A stretch of DNA of 64,000 bases from Acidimicrobiia bacterium (GTDB lineage: Bacteria; Actinomycetota; Acidimicrobiia; Spongiisociales; SHLN01): positions 8,305 through 72,304 of the forward strand of contig JBFIPU010000001.1 in assembly GCA_041609995.1 (NCBI GenBank), given 5' to 3'. The number at the start of each line of letters is the position of its first letter. Within the stretch, counting starts at the first letter, position 1. Under the pieces are notes generated by a model. That model did not search any database. It had not been told where the DNA came from and saw only the letters and a list, made by a program, of their open reading frames with translations. Shown here in pieces: positions 9,190 through 18,627 of the stretch. Made by a program: the position numbers and the translations under genes.

Positions 9190-10002
9190 TCAGACGACGA
9201 CGGCCGGGTAGCTGCCCAGCAGGTGGATATTCGACAGAGCCATGGGAGTCGGATCCAGGATCTTGGCCAGACCCTCGGGCCCCGGCTCGTGCAGAAAGTC
9301 CAAGTAATACATGTACCGCCACAGCTTGCCCCCGGGTCGTGACTCGATCATGGTGAGATTGGCTCCCCGCAGACCGAGCTCGGTGAGGGCGAGAGCCAGG
9401 GCGCCAGGGGTGTGAGGGGTCTCGAAGGCGATCGAGGTCTTGTTGTCGGCGGGGCGGACGTGGTGCTTCCCCGGCTCGAGGACAACGAACCGGGTCGTGT
9501 TGTGATCCTGGTCGATGGCGTCGGCCATCAGCACCTCCAACCCGAAGACTTCGCCCGCGGCCGGGTCGGCCAGTGCCAGCTCGGTCGGGTCCTGGTGCTC
9601 GGCGACTTCGCGCACCGCCCCGGCCGTGTCACTGGTTGCCACCGCCTCCCACCCATGTTCTTCGAGCAGTGCCTCGGCCTGCCCCAACGCCACCGGATGA
9701 GATCGAACCGATTTGGCGTCCTCGAGGGTGGCGCCCGGAACACCCAGCAGCGCATGGCGAACGTGGATGACATGCTCGGCCTTGATAGAGGCGTCGGCGG
9801 CCACCAGTCGATCCAGCACCGGCAGGATCGGGCCCGTGGTCGAGTTGGCGATGGGTAGAACGAGGAACGAAACCACTTCGTCCCGCAGCGATCGGAATGC
9901 CCGCACGAAGCTGGCATGGCCGAGCAACTCCGCGTCGGGAAACAGTGAACGGGCCGCCCGGTAGCTGTACGAGTGGGTTTCACCCTGGTAACCGATCATC
10001 AT
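9190..10002 (-). CDS. pheA: prephenate dehydratase with ACT domain
   Basis: GYQGETHSYS, PIANSTTG, SHPVALGQ, NTTRF, and ACT-domain PGAL...NLTMIESRP. Confidence 0.9.
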   Translation of the reverse strand: MMIGYQGETHSYSYRAARSLFPDAELLGHASFVRAFRSLRDEVVSFLVLPIANSTTGPILPVLDRLVAADASIKAEHVIHVRHALLGVPGATLEDAKSVRSHPVALGQAEALLEEHGWEAVATSDTAGAVREVAEHQDPTELALADPAAGEVFGLEVLMADAIDQDHNTTRFVVLEPGKHHVRPADNKTSIAFETPHTPGALALALTELGLRGANLTMIESRPGGKLWRYMYYLDFLHEPGPEGLAKILDPTPMALSNIHLLGSYPAVVV

Positions 10003-10065
10003 GGCGCCCGAACCCTACTCGCGGCCGGCTGGAGATGACCGCTGCCGATCTCCTAGCCTGGCGGG

Positions 10066-11904
10066 ATGCCGTTTCTCGGATTCTCGGAAGGCCGCCACCA
10101 CCGTCTCCACGACCATCTGGGCGCCCACCTTCACGACAGCGGCACCTACTTCGCCGTGTGGGCGCCCAACGCGGCATCGGTGTCAGTGGTTGGTGACTTC
10201 AACGATTGGGATCCAACCGCCAACCGCCTCGACGGCCCCGGCATCTGGAAGGGCAATGCCCCCCACGCCTCCCGCGGCAACACCTACAAGTACCACATCG
10301 AGCCCCACCACGGGCCACCGTTCCTGAAGGCGGACCCCTTCGCTTTCGCGGCGGAGCTTCCACCCCGGACCGCCTCGGTGGTGTGGGATCTGGATTACGC
10401 CTGGGGCGACGCCGATTGGATGGAATCGCGGGGAAGCGTGAATCGCCACGACAAGCCGATGTCGATCTACGAGCTCCATCTGGGGTCGTGGAAGCGCCAC
10501 GCCAACGGCGATTCGCTGTCGTACCGGGAGCTGGGCCCAGAGCTGGCCGATTACGTCCTCGACATGGGTTATACGCACGTCGAGTTGATGCCGGTCAACG
10601 AGCATCCCTACTACCCATCATGGGGCTATCAGGCCACTGGTTTTTTCGCGCCGACGAGCCGCTATGGCACCCCCCAGGACCTCATGGCGATGATCGACCT
10701 CCTGCACCAGAATGACATCGGGGTGATCCTGGATTGGGTGCCCGCCCACTTCGCCGAGGACGAAGCGGCGCTCGCCGATTTCGACGGCACCAAGCTCTAC
10801 GAACACCCCGATCCACGCAAGGGAGCTCATCCCGATTGGGGAACACTCATCTTCAACTACGAGCGGGGCGAGGTCCGCTCGTTTCTGCTGTCGAGTGCCG
10901 ACTTCTGGCTGCGCCACTACCACGCCGACGGCCTGCGGGTCGACGGCGTGGCCAGCATGCTGTATCTGGACTACAGCCGCGCCCCGGGAGAATGGGCACC
11001 CAACGAGCACGGGGGTAACGAGAACCTGGCGGCCAAAACGTTCCTCCAGGACATGAACGCCACCGTCTACCGCGAGCACCCCGGGATTGTCACCATCGCC
11101 GAGGAGTCAACCGCCTGGGCGGGGGTGTCACGGCCGACCGACGAGGGCGGCCTCGGCTTCGGGTTCAAGTGGGACATGGGCTGGATGCACGACACCCTGC
11201 GCTACTTCGCGTATGACCCGATCTACCGCAGCCATCACCTCGACGAGCTGACGTTCCGCATGATCTATGCCTACAACGAGAACTTCATCCTGGCCCTGTC
11301 ACACGACGAGGTGGTCCACGGCAAGGGATCGTTGCTGGGCCGCATGCCGGGGTACCGCCCTGACCAGTTCGCCAATCTGAGACTGTTGTACGGATACATG
11401 TACGGGCTGCCAGGAAAAAAGCACCTGTTCATGGGTGCCGACATCGCCCAGGGCGGCGAATGGAACCACGACGGACAGGTCGACTGGAACGCGCTGGTCG
11501 ATTCGTTTCATTCCGGAGTCCAATCGTGGGTGCGGGATCTGAATGCGCTGTACCGCCGCAATCCGGCTCTGAGTGAATGGGATTACGACGTACGCGGATT
11601 CGAATGGATCGACTATCAGGACCGGGCCGCCAGCGTGGTCACGCTGCTCCGCCGTTCCGCGAACGGTCGCCAGCTCGTGTTCGTATGCAACTTCACGCCG
11701 GTCGCCCGACCCGGCTATCGAATAGGCGTCCCCTCGCCCGGCACGTGGCGCGTTCTCCTGAACAGCGACGCCCCCGAATACGGGGGAACGGGTGGCGGCC
11801 CGGCCGTGGTGCCGGCCGAATCGAGCCCGATGCACGGCCGGTCGCAGTCGATCAACCTTGACCTCCCTCCGTTGTGCGTCTTGATTCTGGGTCCTGAGCC
11901 GTAG
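10066..11904 (+). CDS. glgB: 1,4-alpha-glucan branching enzyme
   Basis: FAVWAPNA, IYELHLGSW, SWGYQ, DWVPAHF, GLRVDGVASMLY, AEEST, LSHDEVVHGK. Leaderless TAGCCT-6nt-ATG. Confidence 0.96.
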   Translation: MPFLGFSEGRHHRLHDHLGAHLHDSGTYFAVWAPNAASVSVVGDFNDWDPTANRLDGPGIWKGNAPHASRGNTYKYHIEPHHGPPFLKADPFAFAAELPPRTASVVWDLDYAWGDADWMESRGSVNRHDKPMSIYELHLGSWKRHANGDSLSYRELGPELADYVLDMGYTHVELMPVNEHPYYPSWGYQATGFFAPTSRYGTPQDLMAMIDLLHQNDIGVILDWVPAHFAEDEAALADFDGTKLYEHPDPRKGAHPDWGTLIFNYERGEVRSFLLSSADFWLRHYHADGLRVDGVASMLYLDYSRAPGEWAPNEHGGNENLAAKTFLQDMNATVYREHPGIVTIAEESTAWAGVSRPTDEGGLGFGFKWDMGWMHDTLRYFAYDPIYRSHHLDELTFRMIYAYNENFILALSHDEVVHGKGSLLGRMPGYRPDQFANLRLLYGYMYGLPGKKHLFMGADIAQGGEWNHDGQVDWNALVDSFHSGVQSWVRDLNALYRRNPALSEWDYDVRGFEWIDYQDRAASVVTLLRRSANGRQLVFVCNFTPVARPGYRIGVPSPGTWRVLLNSDAPEYGGTGGGPAVVPAESSPMHGRSQSINLDLPPLCVLILGPEP

Positions 11905-11914
11905 CCCCCAAAGC

Positions 11915-13231
11915 TCAAGCGAACCGGTCACCCAGCATGGTTGCCAGGGTTGCCACCAGATCGCCTCTGGGAACTTCCGTGCTGGTCCCGCTGGACAGAT
12001 CTTTGACCTGGGCAGTACCTGCGGCGAACTCGGTCTCGCCGATGATCACGGCGAAGGCGTGGCCCCGGCGGTCTGCATACTTCAGCTGGGCTCCCAGCTT
12101 GCGCGCCTCCGGGTAGAGCTCCACCCCGATTCCGGCCCGTCTGATGGTCGTCGCCAGTTCCAGATAGTCGTTCGTGCGGTCGGCCTCGAACAGGGTGATG
12201 AGCACGGGAGCCGTGGCCGCTACCGGTTGGTGGACACCGAGGTCGTCGAGGGCGGCCAGCAGCCGGTCGACACCCAGGGACGCTCCCACGCCGGGCAGCT
12301 GTTGCTTGGTGTAGGTGCTGGCGAGATCGTCGTAGCGTCCACCCGAGCAAACGCTTCCGATCTCGGGGACCTCGTTCAAGAACGTCTCGAACACCGACCC
12401 GGTGTAGTAGTCGAGACCCCGTGCGATGGAGAGATCCAGCTCGACATGCTCAGTCACACCCGCCGCCGTCAGCCCCTCGAACATACGGGTCAACTCTTCG
12501 ACGCCCTCGTCGCCTCCCGCGCCCACCAGCGCGTGGGCTTCTTCGATCTGCTCGAATGGGTTGGGCCCTTCGATGTCGAGCAGCTTGAACAATTCGATCG
12601 CCTGGTCCTCGGACAGCCCCGCCTCGTCCAGCTCGGCCGTGACCTTGTCAGGTCCGACCTTCGAGAGCTTGTCGACCGCTCGCAGCACCGGCACCACCCG
12701 ATCCACCAGATCGAGCTTCTCCAGCAGACCGTTGAAGACCTTCCGGTTGTTGATGCGAACGCTGAACTCCTCAATCCCGAGGGCCAGGAACAACTCGTGG
12801 ATGACGAGGGCGATCTCGGTGTCTGCATGGATGCTCGACGTGCCGACCGTGTCGAAGTCGCATTGGATGAACTCGCGGTAGCGCCCCCGCTGGGTGTTCT
12901 CTCCCCGCCAGACGGGGCCCACGTGATAGCGCTTGAAAGGCATCGGCAGTTCATGGGCGTGTTGCGCCACGAACCGTGCCAGGGGAACGGTGAGGTCGAA
13001 GCGCATGGCCACATCGCGTCCCCCCTGGTCGTCGAAGCGGAACATCTGCCGGTCGGTTTCCTCACCGCCCTTGCCCAGCAAGATCTCGGTGTATTCGAGT
13101 GCGGGGGTGTCGATGGGCCCGTAGCCGAACGACCGAAAGACCGTCCGGGCAGTATCGATCAGGTGCTCGCGTGCCACCATCGCCGCCGGCAAGGTGTCGC
13201 GAAATCCCTTCAAGGTGCGCGGCTCGATCAT
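11915..13231 (-). CDS. hisS: histidine--tRNA ligase
   Basis: PRTLKGFRD, RFDLTVP, GRYREFIQCD, RGLDYYTG, GGRYD motifs. Confidence 0.97.
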   Translation of the reverse strand: MIEPRTLKGFRDTLPAAMVAREHLIDTARTVFRSFGYGPIDTPALEYTEILLGKGGEETDRQMFRFDDQGGRDVAMRFDLTVPLARFVAQHAHELPMPFKRYHVGPVWRGENTQRGRYREFIQCDFDTVGTSSIHADTEIALVIHELFLALGIEEFSVRINNRKVFNGLLEKLDLVDRVVPVLRAVDKLSKVGPDKVTAELDEAGLSEDQAIELFKLLDIEGPNPFEQIEEAHALVGAGGDEGVEELTRMFEGLTAAGVTEHVELDLSIARGLDYYTGSVFETFLNEVPEIGSVCSGGRYDDLASTYTKQQLPGVGASLGVDRLLAALDDLGVHQPVAATAPVLITLFEADRTNDYLELATTIRRAGIGVELYPEARKLGAQLKYADRRGHAFAVIIGETEFAAGTAQVKDLSSGTSTEVPRGDLVATLATMLGDRFA

Positions 13232-13241
13232 CCTGTCAAGC

Positions 13242-13460
13242 CTACGTTCGGTTGATCAGAGCCCGGGCACGCTGGATCGCTTCGCTCAGGTCTCCCCGGT
13301 CGGAGGCTACGAACAGTGCTGCCAGATAGGCAGCCGGCGGAGCGTTCTTTCGCTCCGACCCGTGCGCCACCTCCCGGGCGAGGTCGAGGATGAGATCGAC
13401 GTCGCCCGCGCTGAGAGGATCGACCCCGAGTTGCTGCGCATAGTCATTCAACCAATTCAT
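13242..13460 (-). CDS. DUF6457-like small protein (MobA-associated)
   Basis: ILDLAREVAHGSERKNAPPAAYL pattern; ATGA overlap with mobA. Confidence 0.75.
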   Translation of the reverse strand: MNWLNDYAQQLGVDPLSAGDVDLILDLAREVAHGSERKNAPPAAYLAALFVASDRGDLSEAIQRARALINRT

Positions 13461-14029
13461 ATTGCTCCATATCGACGAACGCCCTCTTCGAGTTTGGTCG
13501 GCGAATCAACCGAGAACCAGGATCTCCCGTCCTCTTCCCACGAATGCCACTCGGTCGGCTCGATGGGTGTGAAACCCAGCCGATCGACGAGGCTTTGGAT
13601 CGAGCCGCCCTCGGCACCCTCGAATTCTGCCTGCTCGGCCCACATGGGTGGATACACCGCACAGAGCACCTGGCGTACTCCTGCCTCGTCGACCGGGATG
13701 ACGGCATTCTTCCGCTCGAAACGATTGAGAAGGCGCCTGATCGTCTCTCCTCGTAGGAAGGGGTGGTCGACGGCCGTGAGGAAGGCGGCATCGGCTCCGT
13801 CGAACGCGGCCAGTCCGGCCGCCAAGCCGGCTAGCGGGCCGGCGATACCAGGGGGATCTTGCAGCGCTCCGGGGCGGTCCCCACCGACGACCACGACGTC
13901 GTCGACCTGTTCCCACAACGTGTTGGCGATCCGATCGAGCATCGAAACACCGCCGATCTCGACCTGGGCCTTGTCCCTCCCCATCCGGGTGCTGGCACCT
14001 CCGGCGGTGATGATCCCGATTGCTCGCAC
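13457..14029 (-). CDS. mobA: molybdenum cofactor guanylyltransferase / NTP transferase
   Basis: TAGGASTRMGRDKA, GPLAGL, AVDHPF motifs. Start GTG 14029 with leaderless TATGCT-6nt. Confidence 0.88.
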   Translation of the reverse strand: MRAIGIITAGGASTRMGRDKAQVEIGGVSMLDRIANTLWEQVDDVVVVGGDRPGALQDPPGIAGPLAGLAAGLAAFDGADAAFLTAVDHPFLRGETIRRLLNRFERKNAVIPVDEAGVRQVLCAVYPPMWAEQAEFEGAEGGSIQSLVDRLGFTPIEPTEWHSWEEDGRSWFSVDSPTKLEEGVRRYGAI

Positions 14030-14107
14030 AACGCGAGCATAGGAGGAGCCGGGGCGTCGCAACCGGGTGTTGCGCCTTTGCCCGGCGTCGCCGGATCACG
14101 GCGACAA

Positions 14108-14635
14108 CTAGAACCGCAAAGTCCCTTTTCGATCCCTTCCCAGCCTCAGCCTCAGCCACCACGGCTGCTTGGGTGTCTCGCTCGCGACTGCCAGGCGAAT
14201 GGGCGGGTTGAGGTATCGGGGCTCTTCGACCTTTGCCTTGGCCTCCCCGGCTCGCACCTTCCACACGCCCTCGAGCTGGAGCAGGTACCGACCGGGATCC
14301 CATTCGCCGCAGGCGAAGAGCATGAGATAGTCGACCCCGCCGGCGTGGTCGGCGACGTAGTAGACAGGCAGGTGGAAGTGACCGGCGTACCCCCCTTCCA
14401 CGGACCGAAGTTTGGCTCGATGCGCCAGGGCCTCCTCTAGACCGGGCTCGAGCCGACCATCGCCGAGCCGGTCCTCCAACACTTCCGCCCCCGCCACCTC
14501 CAACGTGGTCCTGGCGTTGATTCGTACCGGGAAACGCCCATCGGCCAACCCGTCGAACGGCCCATCAAACAGCTCCAGGCTGCGCGGGCCCACGCGCCGG
14601 GCCGGTAGTCCGAGAATGCGGTGGTCGTGCGACAT
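14108..14635 (-). CDS. hypothetical protein
   Basis: Fills the gap between mobA and the anti-sigma gene; TAACCT-5nt-ATG leaderless signature. No recognisable family. Confidence 0.55.
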   Translation of the reverse strand: MSHDHRILGLPARRVGPRSLELFDGPFDGLADGRFPVRINARTTLEVAGAEVLEDRLGDGRLEPGLEEALAHRAKLRSVEGGYAGHFHLPVYYVADHAGGVDYLMLFACGEWDPGRYLLQLEGVWKVRAGEAKAKVEEPRYLNPPIRLAVASETPKQPWWLRLRLGRDRKGTLRF

Positions 14636-14747
14636 CATGAAGGTTATCGACCGCCAACCGCTGAATCTCAATCCCGAGATTCAGCTGACCCGAACATCCG
14701 GTGACCCATCTCGAGAACAGGGCAGCCCAGATCGGACACGACATCTC

Positions 14748-15506
14748 TCAGGGGTCGAGCGACTCGGCGATCTCGAGGGCCCGCGTGAAATCGTCATCGG
14801 TTGTTTCGAGCCGGTAGTTGATCCCGGCCTCTGACCACAGGAGCACATTGGCGGCCAGCCGGGTCGAATCCTCTTTGAGCTCGTTGCCGGAATCGATGTA
14901 GGTGAAGGCGTGCGGATTGCCGGTGATCCAGAATCCGAGCCGCCCACCGACCGACACGTCGATCGCCTCCACCCCCGGGCCCAGCGTCTTGAGGCCCACG
15001 ATCCTGCCGTCGTCGACGAATTGTCCCAGCAACCAGGAGACCCCGCTGTCGTCTGCCGCCGGCAGAGAGTCGGCTCCTTTCCACACCATCCACACAATGC
15101 CGGAGTCGTCGAAAAAGGCCTCGTCGGGATCACCGAGGGCGGAGGGCCGGCGGGGCACGAAACCGGCCAGGTCGCCCAGGTCGGCGAGATCAACCGCCTC
15201 ACCCAGGTCCAAGACCGACCCCGAGGTCGGTTCTTCGGAAGTGATCCCGAACCGGACACCGGCGATCTCGAAGAGATCCGCCACCGCCTGCCTCGCCCGG
15301 GGCGACAGCAGCATCACGGCAGACAAAACCAGCACGATTGCGGCGGCCAAGGCCCACCTGGGGCTCGGACGGCGTCGCGCAACCGGCTGATCGAGGGTGG
15401 CCACCACGCGGGGAGCGAGCTGCCTCGCGGTCGGAGGCCAGTCGACGAGACTCGCCCCGGTTCGGAGCGACTGCTCGATGTGCTCGAAATCTCGTTGATC
15501 AGCCAT
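14748..15506 (-). CDS. putative membrane-anchored anti-sigma factor
   Basis: Short cytoplasmic N-terminus, one TM helix (WALAAAIVLVLSAVMLL), extracytoplasmic domain ending ALEIAESL. Overlaps the ECF sigma stop. Confidence 0.65.
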   Translation of the reverse strand: MADQRDFEHIEQSLRTGASLVDWPPTARQLAPRVVATLDQPVARRRPSPRWALAAAIVLVLSAVMLLSPRARQAVADLFEIAGVRFGITSEEPTSGSVLDLGEAVDLADLGDLAGFVPRRPSALGDPDEAFFDDSGIVWMVWKGADSLPAADDSGVSWLLGQFVDDGRIVGLKTLGPGVEAIDVSVGGRLGFWITGNPHAFTYIDSGNELKEDSTRLAANVLLWSEAGINYRLETTDDDFTRALEIAESLDP

Positions 15507-16095
15507 CGGTTTCTCCTTCCAGCTCAGTACGCAGGGCCGCCAGCGCTCTCGCGGTCCGCGACTTCACCGTGCCGCGAGGAATGGCGAGGACCGTCGCGGT
15601 CTCCTCTTCCGAGAGGCCCAGCACGAACCGGTGGATCAGCACACTCCGGTGACGTACCGAAATCGCGTCGAGGGCTCGGAACACAGGCCGGATCTCGTCG
15701 GCCAGGACGGCAGCCGCCTCGGGAGATGAGGCCGCATCCCCCGAGGCGACCACCGCCTCTGAGGCCACCCGCAACGCCAGCCGTTCCTGCCGCCTGCGCC
15801 GGCGAATACGGTTGAGCGCCTCGTTGCGGACGATCCGCAACAACCACGGGCGAAACGGCGAGCCGGCCCGAAACCGGTCCAAGGCGGCGAAGGCCTTGAT
15901 GAATGCGTCTTGTGCCACATCCTCCGCCTCGGCGTGGTCGCGCACAACGACGTGCGCCACCCTCAAAGCGATTTCCTGATGCATCGCCACCAGGGTTCCA
16001 AACGCGTTCGTATCGCCGTCACGTGACCTCGCAATGAGCTTTTGTTCGTTCGCGGGTTCTATCTCGATGTCTTTCTCCAGTGGACGGCCCTCCAC
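15499..16095 (-). CDS. ECF RNA polymerase sigma factor
   Basis: Region 2 EAEDVAQDAF...FRPWLLRIVRN; region 4 ETATVLAIPRGTVKSRTARA. Confidence 0.93.
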   Translation of the reverse strand: MEGRPLEKDIEIEPANEQKLIARSRDGDTNAFGTLVAMHQEIALRVAHVVVRDHAEAEDVAQDAFIKAFAALDRFRAGSPFRPWLLRIVRNEALNRIRRRRRQERLALRVASEAVVASGDAASSPEAAAVLADEIRPVFRALDAISVRHRSVLIHRFVLGLSEEETATVLAIPRGTVKSRTARALAALRTELEGETDG

Positions 16096-16112
16096 TGACG
16101 CTCACACGACCA

Positions 16113-16168
16113 ATACACCGGCAACGGCCGGGCGGTTCCATGGAACCGGGGTCCGCCGGCCGGTGTAT
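16113..16168. promoter_or_regulatory. back-to-back ECF-type promoters GGAACC-N15-GTGTAT on both strands
   Basis: Plus strand: GGAACC 16142-16147 and GTGTAT 16163-16168. Minus strand: GGAACC 16139-16134 and GTGTAT 16118-16113. Both spacers are 15 nt. Confidence 0.75.
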
Positions 16169-16213
16169 GCAGTGTTACCAGAAAGAAGTCAGCCTGTGAC
16201 AGAAAGGACACCC

Positions 16214-16699
16214 ATGATTCGCTCCTTCCTTTTCATCCTCGTGTTGCTCCTCGTGGGAGCGGCCCCGGCGGTGGCCGGCGGGTGGGCACTCACCGAAGTG
16301 ACCGACATGCCCGCTGCCTTCGAGGCCGGCCCTACCCACGAGGTCAACTACACGATCCTCCAGCACGGCAAGAACCCCGTCGATGTGGACGCCACCTGGC
16401 TCACCTTCACGACCGGCTCGGAGACCCTCCAGTTTCCGGGCAAACGAGTTGCGCTTGGCCAATACGAGGCGACCGTCACCCTGCCCTTCTCCGGCACCTG
16501 GGACTGGAGCGTGCACCAGGGCTGGTTCGGCGACCAGCCGCTCGGGACCTTGGATGTGGCCCCGGCCGGGTCCATCCCGTCATCCGGCTCGGCGCTCCCT
16601 GTCGTCCTCACCATTGGAGCGGTGCTGACGGCGGGAGTCGCGATGGCCCAGGCGCTGGCAAGCAGAAGGCGGCCCACCCCCGCCACCCATGTGGGCTAG
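16214..16699 (+). CDS. secreted protein with Ig-like (YtkA/FixH-like) domain and C-terminal membrane anchor
   Basis: RBS GAAAGGA; signal peptide MIRSFLFILVLLLVGAAPAVA; GQYEATVTLPFSGTWDW; C-terminal hydrophobic helix followed by RRR. Confidence 0.7.
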   Translation: MIRSFLFILVLLLVGAAPAVAGGWALTEVTDMPAAFEAGPTHEVNYTILQHGKNPVDVDATWLTFTTGSETLQFPGKRVALGQYEATVTLPFSGTWDWSVHQGWFGDQPLGTLDVAPAGSIPSSGSALPVVLTIGAVLTAGVAMAQALASRRRPTPATHVG

Positions 16700-17078
16700 C
16701 CGGACGACACGGATCGCATCGGGGGCGGCGGCGGCGCTGCTGGCCGTGGCGTCCGTCGCCGCCTGGGCAGATCGATCACCGGGTGGAACGGCACAGGCCG
16801 TGGATGGCCAGGTCGTGTTCCAGGCCCGGGGCTGTGTGGGATGCCACGCTGTTTCGGGGCTGGGTGGAAATGGTTTCGCCGGCCCTGATCTCACGTGGCT
16901 GCAGGACGCCGAGGCGTCACGGGTCGAGGAGCTGTCAGTCGCCGAGTACGTCGAGCAGTCAATTCGACAGCCGGACGCCTTCACGGTGGCCCGCTACCCG
17001 GCTGATCTCATGCCCACACTGACCCTCTCTGACCAGGAGATCGCGGCGCTCATCGAGTTTCTCGTCGAATCGCAATGA
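16689..17078 (+). CDS. c-type cytochrome
   Basis: Signal peptide, GQVVFQARGCVGCH (CxxCH), GPDLT, and distal Met (LMP). Confidence 0.88.
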   Translation: MWASRTTRIASGAAAALLAVASVAAWADRSPGGTAQAVDGQVVFQARGCVGCHAVSGLGGNGFAGPDLTWLQDAEASRVEELSVAEYVEQSIRQPDAFTVARYPADLMPTLTLSDQEIAALIEFLVESQ

Positions 17079-17168
17079 CGAACCCACCGCGCCCACCCGG
17101 GCGGCCGGCGGACGGAACGCCCGGCGATCGGATCAGGCCAACCTGCCCCGGGGTAGGGTGCGCCGCGC

Positions 17169-18626
17169 ATGAGCCACGAAGTACCCGACTGGGTTCCCCA
17201 CGCCATCTTCTACCAGATCTTTCCAGATCGATTCGCGCGATCGGGCAGGGTTCCCCAGCCGGGCAATCTGGAGCCGTGGGATGTCCCGCCCACCGTCCAC
17301 GGATACAAGGGCGGTGATTTGCTGGGGGTGGCCGACCGCCTGGACTACCTGACCGACCTCGGCATCACTGCCATCTATTTCAACCCCATCTTTCAGTCTG
17401 CCGCCAACCACCGCTACCACACCCACGACTACTTCCAGGTCGATCCGCTGTTGGGCGGCGACGCCGCGTTTCACATCATGCTCGACGCCTGCAAAGACCG
17501 GGGCATTCGCGTCGTTCTGGACGGCGTCCTCAATCACGCCAGCCGCGGGTTCTTCCAGTTCAACGACCTCTTGGAAAACGGTCAACAGTCTCCCTGGCGC
17601 GACTGGTTTCACATCCACGACTGGCCGCTGAAGGCGTACGACGAGTCGGAGCCGGCGAGGTTCAACGCCTGGTGGGGCCTCCATGCTCTTCCCCAGCTGA
17701 ACACCGACAACCCCGAAGTCCGCGACTTCCTCATGCAGGTGGGCGAGTATTGGCTGGACCAGGGCATCGACGGCTGGCGGCTCGACGTCCCGGAAGAGAT
17801 CGAGACCGAAGGGTTTTGGGAAGAATTCAGGACGCGAATGCGCGCCCGCAACACCGAGGCGTACATCGTGGGCGAGATATGGAAACCTGCTCCCGAGTGG
17901 GTGAACGACGGAACCCGGTTCGACGGCGTGATGAATTACCAATTCACCGAGTACGCGGTCCGCTTCGTGGCGGCCCACCGGGTCGATCTCGAGGTAACGG
18001 AAAAAGCGTCCTATGACCTCGCCCATCCGCACGACGCCGGCGGTTACGCCGATGCCGTCGACCACCTGTATGAGATCTACTCCGAGCAGGCGATGCATGG
18101 CAATCTCAACCTGTTCGGGTCCCACGACACACCTCGTATTTTGGAAGCGGTGGGGGGTGATCGGGAGTCGGTGGTTCTCGGAACTGTCCTCCAAATGACA
18201 TTTCCCGGGCCTCCGTCCATCTATTACGGCGACGAGATCGGGATGCGAGGCGGTCACGATCCCGGCTCGCGCGCCGGGTTTCCCTGGAATCGACCGGAGA
18301 CCTGGGACAATGACCTGCGCGAGATCACCCAGGAGCTGATTTCCCTGCGGTCTGCCCACCCAGCGCTGCGGACGGGGAGCTACCGCCGATTGGCACCCGG
18401 GCCGGGCGAATACGGTTCGTGGCTATACGTGATGGAACGGCGCCTGGGTGACAACGGCTTCATCGTCGCCGTCAACGCCGGGGACGAAGACGATTCGGCC
18501 GGCTTCGACTATCACCAACAGGGCTCACAGCTCGTCTGGGGGCAGGGCCAGATATCGACCTCCGACAACAGGACCGCGGTCACGGTGCCCGGCCGGGCTG
18601 CCGCCATCTGGCGTGTGCAGACTTGA
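17169..18626 (+). CDS. GH13 alpha-amylase family glycosidase (neopullulanase/cyclomaltodextrinase-like)
   Basis: FYQIFPDRF, NHRYHTHDY, DGVLNH, GWRLDVP, GEIW, SHDT motifs. Confidence 0.93.
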   Translation: MSHEVPDWVPHAIFYQIFPDRFARSGRVPQPGNLEPWDVPPTVHGYKGGDLLGVADRLDYLTDLGITAIYFNPIFQSAANHRYHTHDYFQVDPLLGGDAAFHIMLDACKDRGIRVVLDGVLNHASRGFFQFNDLLENGQQSPWRDWFHIHDWPLKAYDESEPARFNAWWGLHALPQLNTDNPEVRDFLMQVGEYWLDQGIDGWRLDVPEEIETEGFWEEFRTRMRARNTEAYIVGEIWKPAPEWVNDGTRFDGVMNYQFTEYAVRFVAAHRVDLEVTEKASYDLAHPHDAGGYADAVDHLYEIYSEQAMHGNLNLFGSHDTPRILEAVGGDRESVVLGTVLQMTFPGPPSIYYGDEIGMRGGHDPGSRAGFPWNRPETWDNDLREITQELISLRSAHPALRTGSYRRLAPGPGEYGSWLYVMERRLGDNGFIVAVNAGDEDDSAGFDYHQQGSQLVWGQGQISTSDNRTAVTVPGRAAAIWRVQT

Positions 18627-18627
18627 G

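Noticed and set aside
10035-10088. Alternative glgB start (GGAG-ATG ACC GCT...) with tandem TTCTCGGA, suggesting a frameshift
   Set aside because: Removing the 8-nt repeat does not restore the frame, and ATG 10066 has a good leaderless -10, so glgB is intact.
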